Of a stretch of DNA of 54,624 bases, positions 46,201-54,624 are shown one piece after another (position 1 is the first letter of the stretch; each line of letters opens with the position of its first letter). The position numbers and the translations under genes are program-made. The stretch is from the IMG/VR virus record IMGVR_UViG_3300020042_003419, positions 1 to 54,624 of that record; one strand, given 5' to 3'. The DNA comes from a virus. Its lineage: Duplodnaviria; Caudoviricetes. The notes beneath the pieces were generated by a model. It made no database searches and was not told where the DNA came from. It saw only the letters and a list, made by a program, of their open reading frames with translations.

Positions 46201-46352
46201 ACTTTGGAGTCTTCTTTGGCTCCGGTGCGCCAACTCTTTCAGCCGCCAAAGGCTCCCTCTATTTGCGTTCAGACGGTACAACAGTCAATGACCGGATGTA
46301 CGTAAATACCAACGGTAGTACCACTTGGACTAACGTAGTCACATCAGCTTAA
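43245..46352 (+). CDS. Tail fibre / receptor-binding protein
   Basis: N-terminal GYTR...I.DG..I.A..L..EF...GH.HDG anchor; Thr/Ala/Gly-rich repeats; TERVRIDSAG repeats. Confidence 0.85.
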   Translation: MTGYTRKDTTNNIADGNVINAADLDNEFDGVQAAFVAATGHTHDGTASEGAPITKIGPVQDVVVSISSMSPKTTNTIDLGTSSLKYKDAYLAGNASVGGTLAVTGVATLTAQPVLSSLTASSAVATNASKGLVSVTNTGSGDNVLATSPTLVTPALGTPSALVGTNITGTASGLTAGNVTTNANLTGDVTSVGNATTLTNAPVIAKVLTGYVSGAGTVAATDSILQAIQKLNGNDATNANLTGAVTSVGNATSLGSFTSLQLNTALTDETGSGAAVFATSPTLVTPDLGTPSALVGTNITGTATNFTASNVTTNANLTGAVTSVGNASSLGSFTSLQLATALTDETGSGAAVFATSPTLVTPALGAATATSLVSSGTAASSFSVTSGSAVPLTITNAGTGNSFVVEDENSDASPFVIANNGTVITGYTSRVTAVNIVEAHSASGVNSSPAIGVYSWGTSATGGGLNLYKSRSGTVGTYSLVATGTQSSVRFQFDDGATFQQAASIIGSVEGTPALNSMPGRLTFSTTPDGSATPTERVRIDSAGNIGVSEAATAGTTLSIPKAQTGATSATTVSVRMNPLVDVTTNSTGYTTFALNGVGTSTTNFFHYTANQGTFSGTAPTNQYGFNASNALTGATNNYGFYSNIASGTNRFNFYAAGTAANLFAGVSQFAAGTAALPGITQISDLNTGIYFPTADTLGFTTGGTERVRIDSAGAVGIGTSAVAADTLRVGKTITGAGTSQAVYAVGAIQSDVTGAAIYFRTFANTAAAAFTLSEMSHFRAEQGTIGASSTVTNQIGYHVNSTLTGATSNYGFYSNIASGTNRFNFYANGTADNYFAGSVGIGTAPTAGLKVSIAGTASGATSTFGLFNAQTVDPAVSSVLHISFGAATTVSAGTLPDLRAYNVSQGTFTGTVTSQYAFFVQGTFVGATNNYGFYSNIAAASNRWNFYAAGTARNYMAADLTVNGATAIPAGGTAGAGLMVSTTANFGVFFGSGAPTLSAAKGSLYLRSDGTTVNDRMYVNTNGSTTWTNVVTSA

Positions 46353-46355
46353 ATT

Positions 46356-46499
46356 ATGGAACAAATCACTTTTACCCTCACCCTCCAAGAAGCACAAGCA
46401 ATTCTGCAAGTGCTTGGCGAAATGCCGACTAAATCAGGCGCTTTCCCCCTGCTGCAAAAGCTGGCAGAGCAAGTGCAAACCCAAACCAAAAAGGAATAA
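46356..46499 (+). CDS. Small tail-fibre-associated protein (47 aa), absent from the ORF track
   Basis: MEQITFTLTLQEAQAILQVLGEMPTKSGAFPLLQKLAEQVQTQTKKE*. Confidence 0.65.
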   Translation: MEQITFTLTLQEAQAILQVLGEMPTKSGAFPLLQKLAEQVQTQTKKE

Positions 46500-46502
46500 A
46501 CC

Positions 46503-46811
46503 ATGTCCAACACCTACATCTACAAAGTCACCAACCTGATCCGCGATCCAGACGGCATCGTCGTCACCGCGCAGTTCCAAATCACCGCCTCGGACGGCGT
46601 TGACAGCTTCACGCACAACTACAACTTTGGTTTTGCCAACAAGCCCGTTACACCGACTGCTTTTGCAGACCTCACCGAGGCCAAAGTAATTGAGTGGATC
46701 AAGCGTGACGCTGGCGCTGAGAATCAATTTGAGGCCAGTGCAGACGCTGAACTTGCAGCCTATAAACTCCGCAAAGCAGCGCCTACGATCACGGCTGGGG
46801 TGCCTTGGTAA
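46503..46811 (+). CDS. Putative tail fibre assembly protein
   Basis: AAGGA SD; FADLTEAKVIEW...GVPW pattern typical of genes following fibres. Confidence 0.65.
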   Translation: MSNTYIYKVTNLIRDPDGIVVTAQFQITASDGVDSFTHNYNFGFANKPVTPTAFADLTEAKVIEWIKRDAGAENQFEASADAELAAYKLRKAAPTITAGVPW

Positions 46812-46908
46812 CAAGACATTCCGTCTTCAACAAACATAAACTCAGGAAACAACACTGAGTGAAATTTTGTTGGCGCTGGTCTTCTTTTAGCTTTTTAGAA
46901 AGACAAAC

Positions 46909-47142
46909 ATGGAATATCAACAACTTTTAAATATTGTTCTTGCAACTGCTATGACTGTAACAGGATGGTTTGCTCGTGAACTCTGGACTGCTGTAAAAGA
47001 TCTTAAAGCTGATTTGTCTAAGCTAAGAGAAGACTTGCCTAAAACATACGTTGGTCGTGATGACTATCGTGAAGATATGCGTGATATTAAAGATATGCTT
47101 AATAAAATCTTTGACAAGCTAGAAGCAAAGCAAGATAAATGA
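46909..47142 (+). CDS. Small membrane-anchored coiled-coil protein (lysis module)
   Basis: N-terminal TM, LPK.YV.R.DY..D..DI. Confidence 0.65.
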   Translation: MEYQQLLNIVLATAMTVTGWFARELWTAVKDLKADLSKLREDLPKTYVGRDDYREDMRDIKDMLNKIFDKLEAKQDK

Positions 47143-47609
47143 TTGATCCTATAACAGCCTTTGCTGCCGCCCAAGCTGCTGTGAAGGGTGTACAAGCTGC
47201 CATTAAACTCGGCAAAGATATTGGTGCAATCAGTGGCGACTTAATGAAGTTTTTTGATGCTAAAGATGTAGTGGCTAAAGCTGCCACTGCACCAAAGAAA
47301 GGCTTTGGTCAAAGCGATACTGCCGCAGCATTTAATACAGTGATGCATTTGAAGCAGTTACAAGACGCTGAGAATCAATTGAAAGATATGTTGATATGGA
47401 GTGGCAATGCTCCTCTATGGCATTCATTAATTCAAGAGCGTAATAGTATTGTTTCTAAACGTAAATCTGAAGAAGTAGTTGCACAGAAAGCTAAAGATAA
47501 ACGTAAGAAAGAAATTGATAGTGCAATAATGTTTGTTCTGTCCATTGTGCTTGCTATATCTATAATGTGCTTTGTTGCTTGGGGAACTATAGAAATTACA
47601 GGAGTTTAA
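47139..47609 (+). CDS. Membrane protein with C-terminal TM (lysis module)
   Basis: MIDPITAFA...; hydrophobic C-terminus. Confidence 0.65.
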   Translation: MIDPITAFAAAQAAVKGVQAAIKLGKDIGAISGDLMKFFDAKDVVAKAATAPKKGFGQSDTAAAFNTVMHLKQLQDAENQLKDMLIWSGNAPLWHSLIQERNSIVSKRKSEEVVAQKAKDKRKKEIDSAIMFVLSIVLAISIMCFVAWGTIEITGV

Positions 47610-47613
47610 TTAT

Positions 47614-48030
47614 ATGTTACTTGAATCTTTATTAGGTCTTGGAGGCAAGCTAATTGATAAGCTCATACCAGACCCTACTGCTAAAGCACAAGCACAATTA
47701 GAACTTGCCAAGATGGCACAGGATGGTGAGCTTGCTCGCATGGCTAACGAGACAGACATTTATAAAACAGAACAGAACAATGTAACAGAGCGTTGGAAAG
47801 CCGATGCTGCTACCGATAGCTGGCTTGCTATTAATATCAGACCACTATCATTAGTAGCAATATTTGTTGGCTATTTCTTATTTGCTTTAATGAGTGCTTT
47901 TGGTTATAATGCTAATGAAGGATATGTTAACTTACTTGGACAATGGGGCATGCTAATAATGAGCGCTTATTTTGGTGGAAAAACGCTAGAAAATATTATT
48001 CAAATGAAGACTAAAAATGAATCTAAGTAA
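47614..48030 (+). CDS. Holin (3TM GTA-holin-like)
   Basis: LIDKLIPDP, ERWKAD..DSWL..NIRP, two TMs, AYFGGK. Confidence 0.75.
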   Translation: MLLESLLGLGGKLIDKLIPDPTAKAQAQLELAKMAQDGELARMANETDIYKTEQNNVTERWKADAATDSWLAINIRPLSLVAIFVGYFLFALMSAFGYNANEGYVNLLGQWGMLIMSAYFGGKTLENIIQMKTKNESK

Positions 48031-48481
48031 AAACTTCACAGTCACTGAACTAACAAAGAGCGCTGATGCTCTTCGTAAAGGCTTGGACAATTCACCAGAT
48101 CAAGCTATTGTTGATAATTTAAAGTTGCTCGCAGAGAACATACTACAGCCTATTCGTGACCACTTCAACAAAGCAGTGACAATCAATAGTGGCTATCGTA
48201 GCCCTGCTGTTAATGCTAGTGTTGGTGGCTCAGCTACTAGCGATCATTGCAAAGGCATGGCTGCTGATATTGAAATTGTTGGTGTTGATAATAAAGTTCT
48301 TGCTCAGCACATTGTAGATACTTATAAGTTTACACAAGTAATACTTGAGTTTTATACAAAGGGAATTCCTGATAGCGGTTGGGTTCATGTGTCTTATAAT
48401 AAAGACTCTTTAAAGAATCAGGCATTGACAGCAACTAAGAAAGATAATAAAACTGTATATGTTTCAGGATTAATAGCATGA
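48017..48481 (+). CDS. Endolysin, peptidase M15A family
   Basis: LS.NF...E, INSGYRS...N..VGG...S.H..G.AAD, WVHVS. Confidence 0.9.
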   Translation: MNLSKNFTVTELTKSADALRKGLDNSPDQAIVDNLKLLAENILQPIRDHFNKAVTINSGYRSPAVNASVGGSATSDHCKGMAADIEIVGVDNKVLAQHIVDTYKFTQVILEFYTKGIPDSGWVHVSYNKDSLKNQALTATKKDNKTVYVSGLIA

Positions 48482-48783
48482 GTGTTATACCGTCCTCTGT
48501 TGATGTTATTGGAAGAAAATATACAATAGAGTATGATGACTCTTTGAAAGGTTTTCTTGGATCATGCGATTCAAACACTTTAAAGATTTTAGTATTTCCG
48601 GGACAAGTTAAGTCAATGGAACTTGATACTGTGTTACATGAAGTGGTTCATGCTATTGAACTTGCAATGCAATTAAACATGTCTGAACGGCAAGTCTATT
48701 GCACCACTGTTGGTTTGTTATCGGTGCTTAAAGGTAACCCACAATTTTTAGAATATTTGAATAAGGCAATTAATAATGAGTGA
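48478..48783 (+). CDS. Small HExxH metallopeptidase-like protein
   Basis: DTVLHEVVHAI...E. Confidence 0.7.
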   Translation: MSVIPSSVDVIGRKYTIEYDDSLKGFLGSCDSNTLKILVFPGQVKSMELDTVLHEVVHAIELAMQLNMSERQVYCTTVGLLSVLKGNPQFLEYLNKAINNE

Positions 48784-48964
48784 AAATTTTACAGCCAAAC
48801 AACGAGAAGTAATAGCTCGTAAAATAGGATACGATGGCCCTATGCAAATGTTTGATAAATATCTAGCATCATCTCCTTCTGACGCTGCTCGTTTTGCTGG
48901 TATTACTACTAAGCAAATGGCTAAGGGTGGTGTTGTTAAGAAATTTGTTGGGAGAAATGTATGA
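48776..48964 (+). CDS. Small protein ending near a MAKGGVV tag
   Basis: 62 aa; overlaps both neighbours. Confidence 0.65.
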   Translation: MSENFTAKQREVIARKIGYDGPMQMFDKYLASSPSDAARFAGITTKQMAKGGVVKKFVGRNV

Positions 48965-51900
48965 GTGTAAGAGTGCGTGATAAAAGCAACATGTTTAAGT
49001 ATTATACTTTTGATACTTTAGAACAACTTACTGCTGCGGGTTATACAACGGCAGATATTACAAGTGGATCTTTTGTTACTACTGGTGGCACTACAGGTGG
49101 CACTACTGGTGGCACTACAGGTGGCACTACTGGTGGCACTACAGGTGGCACTACTGGTGGCACTACTGGTGGCACTACTGGTGGCACTACAGGTGGCACT
49201 ACAGGTGGCACTACAGGTGGCACTACAGGTGGCACTACAGGTGGCACTACAGGTGGCACTACTGGTGGCACTACAGGTGGCACTACTGGTGGCACTACTG
49301 GTGGCACTACGGTGGCACTACTGGCGGCACTACTGGTGGCGGTAGCACTGCAGACACTACAGTTGGCGCACCAAACGTTCCAACAGCATCTTCATTTACA
49401 GCAGCACAAACTGGCACTACAGGTCTTGGTGCATCTAAAACCACTGCTGCTGCTTCAACAGAAGACGCCGCCGCCACTACACCTACTGCATCTACTGCTG
49501 TTACTCAACCTACTAAAGTTGACTCAGCAGACATTACAGCAGAAGCAGGTGAAACAAAAGTTACAACAGCATTAGGAACAAGAACGGCTGAAACAGGTAC
49601 TGTTGGTACCAAATCTGAAGTAACTGGTCAGAGAGGTAGTCTATCCACTGGCGCTGTTGCAGGAGATACAAAGGCAGCAACCGCTGCTACAGTTGCTGAT
49701 GTTCCAGACTTGGCTCTTACAGGCGCTCAAAAAGCTGGAGCAGCAACGCTTGCTGATGTTGGTGGAGTTGCAGAAGCTAAAGCTGCTTTAACCGATAAAG
49801 CCTTTATTGCAGAAGCAGCAAGTCTTGGTACAACACCACAGGCTCTTGCTGCACAGCGATACAGTCTAACTCCAGCACAATCTGCTGAAGTTGAAAAGAC
49901 AACAGTTGAAGAAGCTGCTAAAGCTGACACCGCAGTATCGGCTATTGCAGCAAAAGGCGCTGCTGCCAAAGGCGTTGAGGGGGCAACACTTGAGGGCCAA
50001 ACCCCTGAAGCAATTGCTGCTGCCAAATATGATTTAGGTAATGCTAGTGCTGCTGAAATTGAAAAGACAACGGTTGAAGAAGCTGCTAATGCTGGCCCTG
50101 CTGAGCAAGCAAAAGCCGCAAATGCTGCTGCTGCCAGCGCGGTTAAAGCTGCCACGCTTGCTGGTCAAACGCCAGAGGCTGTTGCTGCTTCTCAATACAC
50201 CCTAGACGCTACAAGGGCTGCCACTGCCACTGCCACTGCTGTACAACAAGCAGCTACTGCTGGTGTAATTCCTCAAGCCATTGTTGCCGATACTGCTGCT
50301 AAGTCTACAGCCATTGAGGCAACCCGCACTGTAACACAACAAGAATTGCTTGATGTGTCTAAACAGAATTTGGAGCTTAATGAGCCTGTGCAAGCTGTGG
50401 CTGCAACAATGGCTGCGTTGGATAAAGATGCTGTTGCCAAAGCACAGCAAGGAAGCTTTAGTCAATCTTTGGCAACAGCACAAACAGGATCGGTAGAAGC
50501 AGCATCCACTGTTGCTGGTCAAATGTCTAGTCTAATGGCTAAATTTAATAATGGCACTCCAGCTTGGGCTGCTGGTGCTATACGTAGTGCCAATGCTGCT
50601 ATGGCTGCTCGTGGTCTTGGTGCAAGCTCTATGGCTGGTGCTGCCATTGTTCAGGCCGCTATGGAAAGCGCAATGCCTATTGCTGTTGCTGATGCTCAGA
50701 CGTTCTCTCAAATGGCAATGACCAACTTGAGTAACAGGCAACAGGTGTCATTGGTTAACGCTGCTGCTCTGCAGAACATGGACTTGGCTAACTTGAACAA
50801 CCTTCAACAAGTAGCTTTGCAAAATAGCACTAACGCTTTTGCTTTGCAGGGACAGAATTTAAGTAATCAACAAGCTGTTGTTCTTGCTAATGCTCAGCTT
50901 AAAGCTGCTACCGCTGAAAAGAATCTTGATGTTAAGACACAAGTTGCTCTTACTAATGCTGCTCGTTATGCTGAAGTTAATAATATTAACTTAAACAACA
51001 CACAGCAAGCTTCATTGCAACGTTCTGCTGAAAACATTCAAATTGATTTAACAAAACTAAGTACAACGCAACAAACTGCATTGTCTAACTTACAAGTTAG
51101 GGCTGCTCTTGTTGGTCAAGAGCTTACTAATGAACAGCAGACAGCAATGCTTACTAGCACTCAATCGTTTGAAGCAATGAGGCTTACGACAACCAGTAAG
51201 CAGCAAGCGTTCATGCAAGATGCTCAAGCCAACGCTGCCCTCAAAGGACAAGTGTTGTCTAATCAACAGCAAACGCAGTTGTTTAATGTTTCGGCAATAT
51301 TAGAAGAGCGTAAGATTAATCTTTCTAACGAACAGCAAGCAATGCTGACAAACAGCGCCAATAAGATGCAAGTTGATATGGCTAACTTGTCTAACGCTCA
51401 ACAAACAGCATTGGCTAATTTGCAAGTTAGAGCAGCGTTGCAAGGACAAGAACTTAGCAATGAACAGCAATCTGCAATGTTGCAAAGCACACAGAACTTT
51501 GAAGCAGCCAACTTTAATGCTACAAGTAAACAGGCATCGTTCATTTCAACGTTTAACGCCAACGCTGCCCTCAAAGGACAGGTGTTGTCTAATCAACAAC
51601 AAACATCATTATTTAATGTGTCGGCAGTATTGGAAGAGCGTAAGCTTGAATTGAATAATGATCAACAAGCAATCTTGACTAACAGCGCTAATAAGATGCA
51701 AGTTGATATGGCGAATCTGTCCAACGGTCAACAAACTGCTTTGGCTAATTTGCAAGTGGCAGCAACATTGCAAGGACAAGAACTTACCAACAAGCAACAA
51801 ATGGCTGTGTTACAAAGTACACAGAATTTTGAAGCATCTGGTATTAATGCTTCAGCTAAACAACAATCTTTCATTGCCTCTTACAACGCTGATGCTGCCC

Positions 51901-53006
51901 TTAAAGGACAAGTGTTGTCTAATCAACAACAGACAGCATTGTTTAATGTGTCTTCTCAGTTGCAAGAACGTGGCATTGTATTTACTGCTGAGCAGCAGAC
52001 AAACCTGTACAACACTACCAACGCAATGCAGCTTGAAACAACCAATCTGTCTAACAAGCAGCAGGTTATTTTAGCCAATGCTCAAATTGATGCGACACTG
52101 ACTGGTCAAGAACTAAGTAATAAACAACAAGTTAATGTTGTTAATGCTGCTCGTGTGTCTGAGATTGCCAATGTAAACTTTACAGCAGCGCAACAGAAAG
52201 CTTTGTCTAATGCGTCATTCATTCAGCAGATTAACTTGGCTGATATGAATAATGAGCAAGCTACTACATTGGCTAATGCTGCAACGTATGCGTCAATGGA
52301 TATGGCAAATCTTAATAACCTTCAACAAGCTGCTGTATTAAATGCAAAAGCTTTCCTTGAAATGGATATGAAGAATTTAGATAATAAACAACAAATGGCT
52401 GTGCTAAAAACACAAACCATTTCACAAACCATTCTTAGTGATACGGCTGCAGCGAATGCTGCTAAGGCAACCAATGCTGCTAATCAGTTGGAGGCTGATA
52501 AGATTACTGAAACATTAATATTGACAGCTAAACAGTTTAATGCTTCTGAAACTAATAAAATTAATTTAGCTACTGCTAACTCAGCAAATGAAATAGCTAA
52601 GTTTAATTCTGCACAACAAAATGCTCGTGATGAATTTAACTCAACATTAAGTTCTCAAATTGATGTAGCTAATGCTAAAATACTGGCAGATGTTTCCGTT
52701 GCTAATACTGCTGCTACTAACTCAGCTAACGCTGTAAGTGCAAAGAATGCTACAGACTTGTCTGCTGCTGTTTACGCACAACAGTCTACGACATATAGAG
52801 ATTTACTTGAGATGTCGTATAAGACTGGTGAGAATGTTCAGGACAGGCTTACACAGATTGCTGTGCAAAGTATATCGTCTAACGCTACAATAACATCTGC
52901 TGGTAAATCTGCTGACTCTGCTAGTTCTTCTGCGCTCGGTTCGCTTCTAGGTAAAATTGTAACAAGTGAGGCTGCTTTAGATTGGATTGGTGGTCTTTTT
53001 GACTAA
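48961..53006 (+). CDS. Large repetitive internal virion protein (~1348 aa), interrupted by a 1-nt deletion at ~49310
   Basis: GGGAGA SD and ATG 48961; from 49311 a stop-free frame joins ORF 49710-53006; TPAWAAGA motif, Ala/Gln/Asn 11-residue repeats. Confidence 0.8.
49078..49340 (+). repeat. 12-bp VNTR ACTAC(T/A)GG(T/C)GGC x22 encoding TTGG
   Basis: 19 full units, one 11-bp unit (49306-49316), then 2 more units. Confidence 0.95.
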
Positions 53007-53018
53007 AGATAAAAACAT

Positions 53019-53234
53019 ATGCAACATATTAAAAGTTATTTTAACAAAATTGAAAACATTTTGTCTACTCGTAAATCTTCTTCGTCTAAGAAGACTAAAC
53101 CAACTAAAGGTTTTGTTTCACCAGAGAAGAAGAAAGAACAATCTATTAGCACTAAAGATCCAGTAGAACTAATTGCCGACTATATTGAAGGCATTAGAGA
53201 ATCTCGTGATGAACTAATGAAAGCAAAGAAATAA
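53019..53234 (+). CDS. Small basic protein
   Basis: 71 aa; KGFVSP motif. Confidence 0.65.
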   Translation: MQHIKSYFNKIENILSTRKSSSSKKTKPTKGFVSPEKKKEQSISTKDPVELIADYIEGIRESRDELMKAKK

Positions 53235-53238
53235 TATT

Positions 53239-53751
53239 ATGGCAACAAAGCAACTACCCGTTAGTCAAGCATTAATGTCAGTACCTGCTGGCATTTCGTG
53301 GACAGCCCCTGATAAAAGTAGGAATTGGCAAAAACCTCCTAAGCTAGTAAAAGTAAACGATGTTGTTAAATATTATATGGCAGCAATTTCTTCTGAAGAA
53401 ATGGCTAGTGATGTGCTGGATGTATTAGAAACAAACATACCTTTATCAGTTATTGCTGAGAGCATGATGCTTTCCAATGTTAGTGAAGGTCTTCATACTA
53501 TTGATACTGGTATTTTAGTAATGCCTGTAATGATGGAGATGTTAAAGGCTATTGCAATGCTTAATGACATTGATACAAAAGACTATGCATCGGATTATGA
53601 TAAAGACGAAAAAGTATCTAATCGAGTAATCAAACAAGCTATCGCACAAGTGTTCAAAACAATTGAAACTTCATCTGAAGAAACATCCCCCACTAAAGAA
53701 GCTGAACCAGTTGGTGGGTTAATGTCACGTAAGACTAAAGGAACTATTTAA
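53239..53751 (+). CDS. Conserved virion-associated protein
   Basis: P.G.S.T......WQ.PP, EGLHTID; ends GGLMSRK. Confidence 0.7.
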   Translation: MATKQLPVSQALMSVPAGISWTAPDKSRNWQKPPKLVKVNDVVKYYMAAISSEEMASDVLDVLETNIPLSVIAESMMLSNVSEGLHTIDTGILVMPVMMEMLKAIAMLNDIDTKDYASDYDKDEKVSNRVIKQAIAQVFKTIETSSEETSPTKEAEPVGGLMSRKTKGTI

Positions 53752-53753
53752 TT

Positions 53754-54624
53754 ATGGGATTTGATCTATTGGCATTTGCTGGCGGCGCTGCCACCGCTAT
53801 TGAAGAAAAAATAGATGCTTCTGAAAAAGAAGCTAAGACGTTTGCTATGGCTTCTACAAAAAACATGTACGAAAAGTATTTGAAAAAAGTTGAAGAAGAT
53901 AAGAAGCTTAGCAGTGAAGCAGCTAATGATATGGAATTAATTAAATCTAATTATTCTATTATGTCTGATGGTAAAACATTTACACCAGAACAGCTTGAAC
54001 AAATTACTCGTAGTCCTGCCAATCGTAAGTTTCTTGTAGACGCGATTGCTGGTGGTAAAATTAATTTTAATAATCTTGATCCTGAACAAATGGTTAAGAT
54101 TGTTACTAATAATAGCTCACCAGATGTTGCTCGTAACAGACTTGATCAAGCTTTAAAACTTGATACTACTTTGAAAACTAAGCTTGCAGAAATTTCCACC
54201 AACAAGCAGATGGGTTTCTTTGATAGTATTGGAAACAAAGCTGGTAAGTCTGCAGCACAAAAAACAGCGTTGGCTCTTGGTGTTACTGTTGAAGAGATGC
54301 AAGCAAAACTTGCAGAGACTCGCCCAGAGGCTACGGCTAAGTTTGATTTTAGTGGAATGAAAGCTCGTGAAAATTCTAAAGACTTAATGGATGATGCAAG
54401 AGTTAGAGCCTTTAAAGCTTATAAAGCTGGTGATGTACAAGGTGAAAAAGATGCTCTCATAGACTTTGCAGTATTCCAAGCATACGAAGATAAGCCCAAA
54501 ACAGAAAAAGAAAAGCTGGAAGAAGAAAAAGCTCGACTAACTACTCTTGCTGCCAAAGGTGGTAAAGAAGGTAGCGCTGCTCAAAAACAATTAGACGCAT
54601 ATACAGACGTTGAGGCTAGAGAGA
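53754..54624 (+). CDS. 5' part of the internal virion protein continuing at the contig start
   Basis: AAGGA SD, ATG 53754 (MGFDLLAFAGGAA...), no stop before the end. Confidence 0.85.
   Translation, partial: MGFDLLAFAGGAATAIEEKIDASEKEAKTFAMASTKNMYEKYLKKVEEDKKLSSEAANDMELIKSNYSIMSDGKTFTPEQLEQITRSPANRKFLVDAIAGGKINFNNLDPEQMVKIVTNNSSPDVARNRLDQALKLDTTLKTKLAEISTNKQMGFFDSIGNKAGKSAAQKTALALGVTVEEMQAKLAETRPEATAKFDFSGMKARENSKDLMDDARVRAFKAYKAGDVQGEKDALIDFAVFQAYEDKPKTEKEKLEEEKARLTTLAAKGGKEGSAAQKQLDAYTDVEARE
54504..54624. repeat. Terminal direct repeat / circular overlap (copy 2)
   Basis: See 1-121. Confidence 0.95.

Noticed and set aside
48935-48964. Programmed -1 frameshift joining 48776 to 48961
   Set aside because: No in-frame X XXY YYZ heptamer; the downstream gene has its own SD and ATG
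49078-49340. CRISPR array
   Set aside because: Head-to-tail 12-bp coding repeat with no spacers
49041-49345. ORFs 49041-49307 (-) and 49064-49345 (+)
   Set aside because: Alternative-frame readings of the VNTR
667-52074. Numerous short antisense or nested ORFs in the track (e.g. 4207-4611, 15654-16076, 36825-37250, 39526-40014, 43928-44527)
   Set aside because: They lie within well-supported genes, lack SDs or motifs, and are explained by codon bias

Overview
The window is an apparently complete, circularly permuted genome (~54.5 kb; bases 1-121 recur at 54504-54624 with one mismatch) of a podovirus-type tailed phage. Its capsid, portal, terminase and tyrosine recombinase resemble HMO-2011-type/Zobellviridae-like phages (assigned from recalled motifs, not a search). 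Two arms diverge from a non-coding region at ~26.3-27.5 kb and meet at a terminator near 5850. The minus arm carries early genes behind repeated sigma70 promoter cassettes, an ADP-ribosylglycohydrolase, a tyrosine recombinase, ThyX, a T7-like primase-helicase/SSB/exonuclease, a family B (not A) DNA polymerase, an RNA ligase, MazG, a class II ribonucleotide reductase and an Acb4-like protein. The plus arm carries small basic proteins, terminase, portal, scaffold, capsid, tail, lysis and large internal virion proteins. I recognised no RNA polymerase, tRNA, CRISPR array or reverse transcriptase. Most notable: (1) a candidate virion-cargo processing system, made of a recurring [MFLY]-x-x-G-G-x-[VM] tag in plus-arm proteins, a head-module protein ending in a non-splicing Hint domain, and a tag-bracketed ADP-ribosyltransferase-like domain in the 1738-aa internal protein that may pair with the early glycohydrolase; (2) a PolA-to-PolB swap in a T7-like replisome; (3) a loop-E-containing structured RNA upstream of the glycohydrolase; (4) a tail fibre built of repeat-flanked cassettes; (5) a 1-nt frameshift inside a 12-bp VNTR of a ~1350-aa virion gene. 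Family names come from motif recognition and need HMM or structure confirmation.
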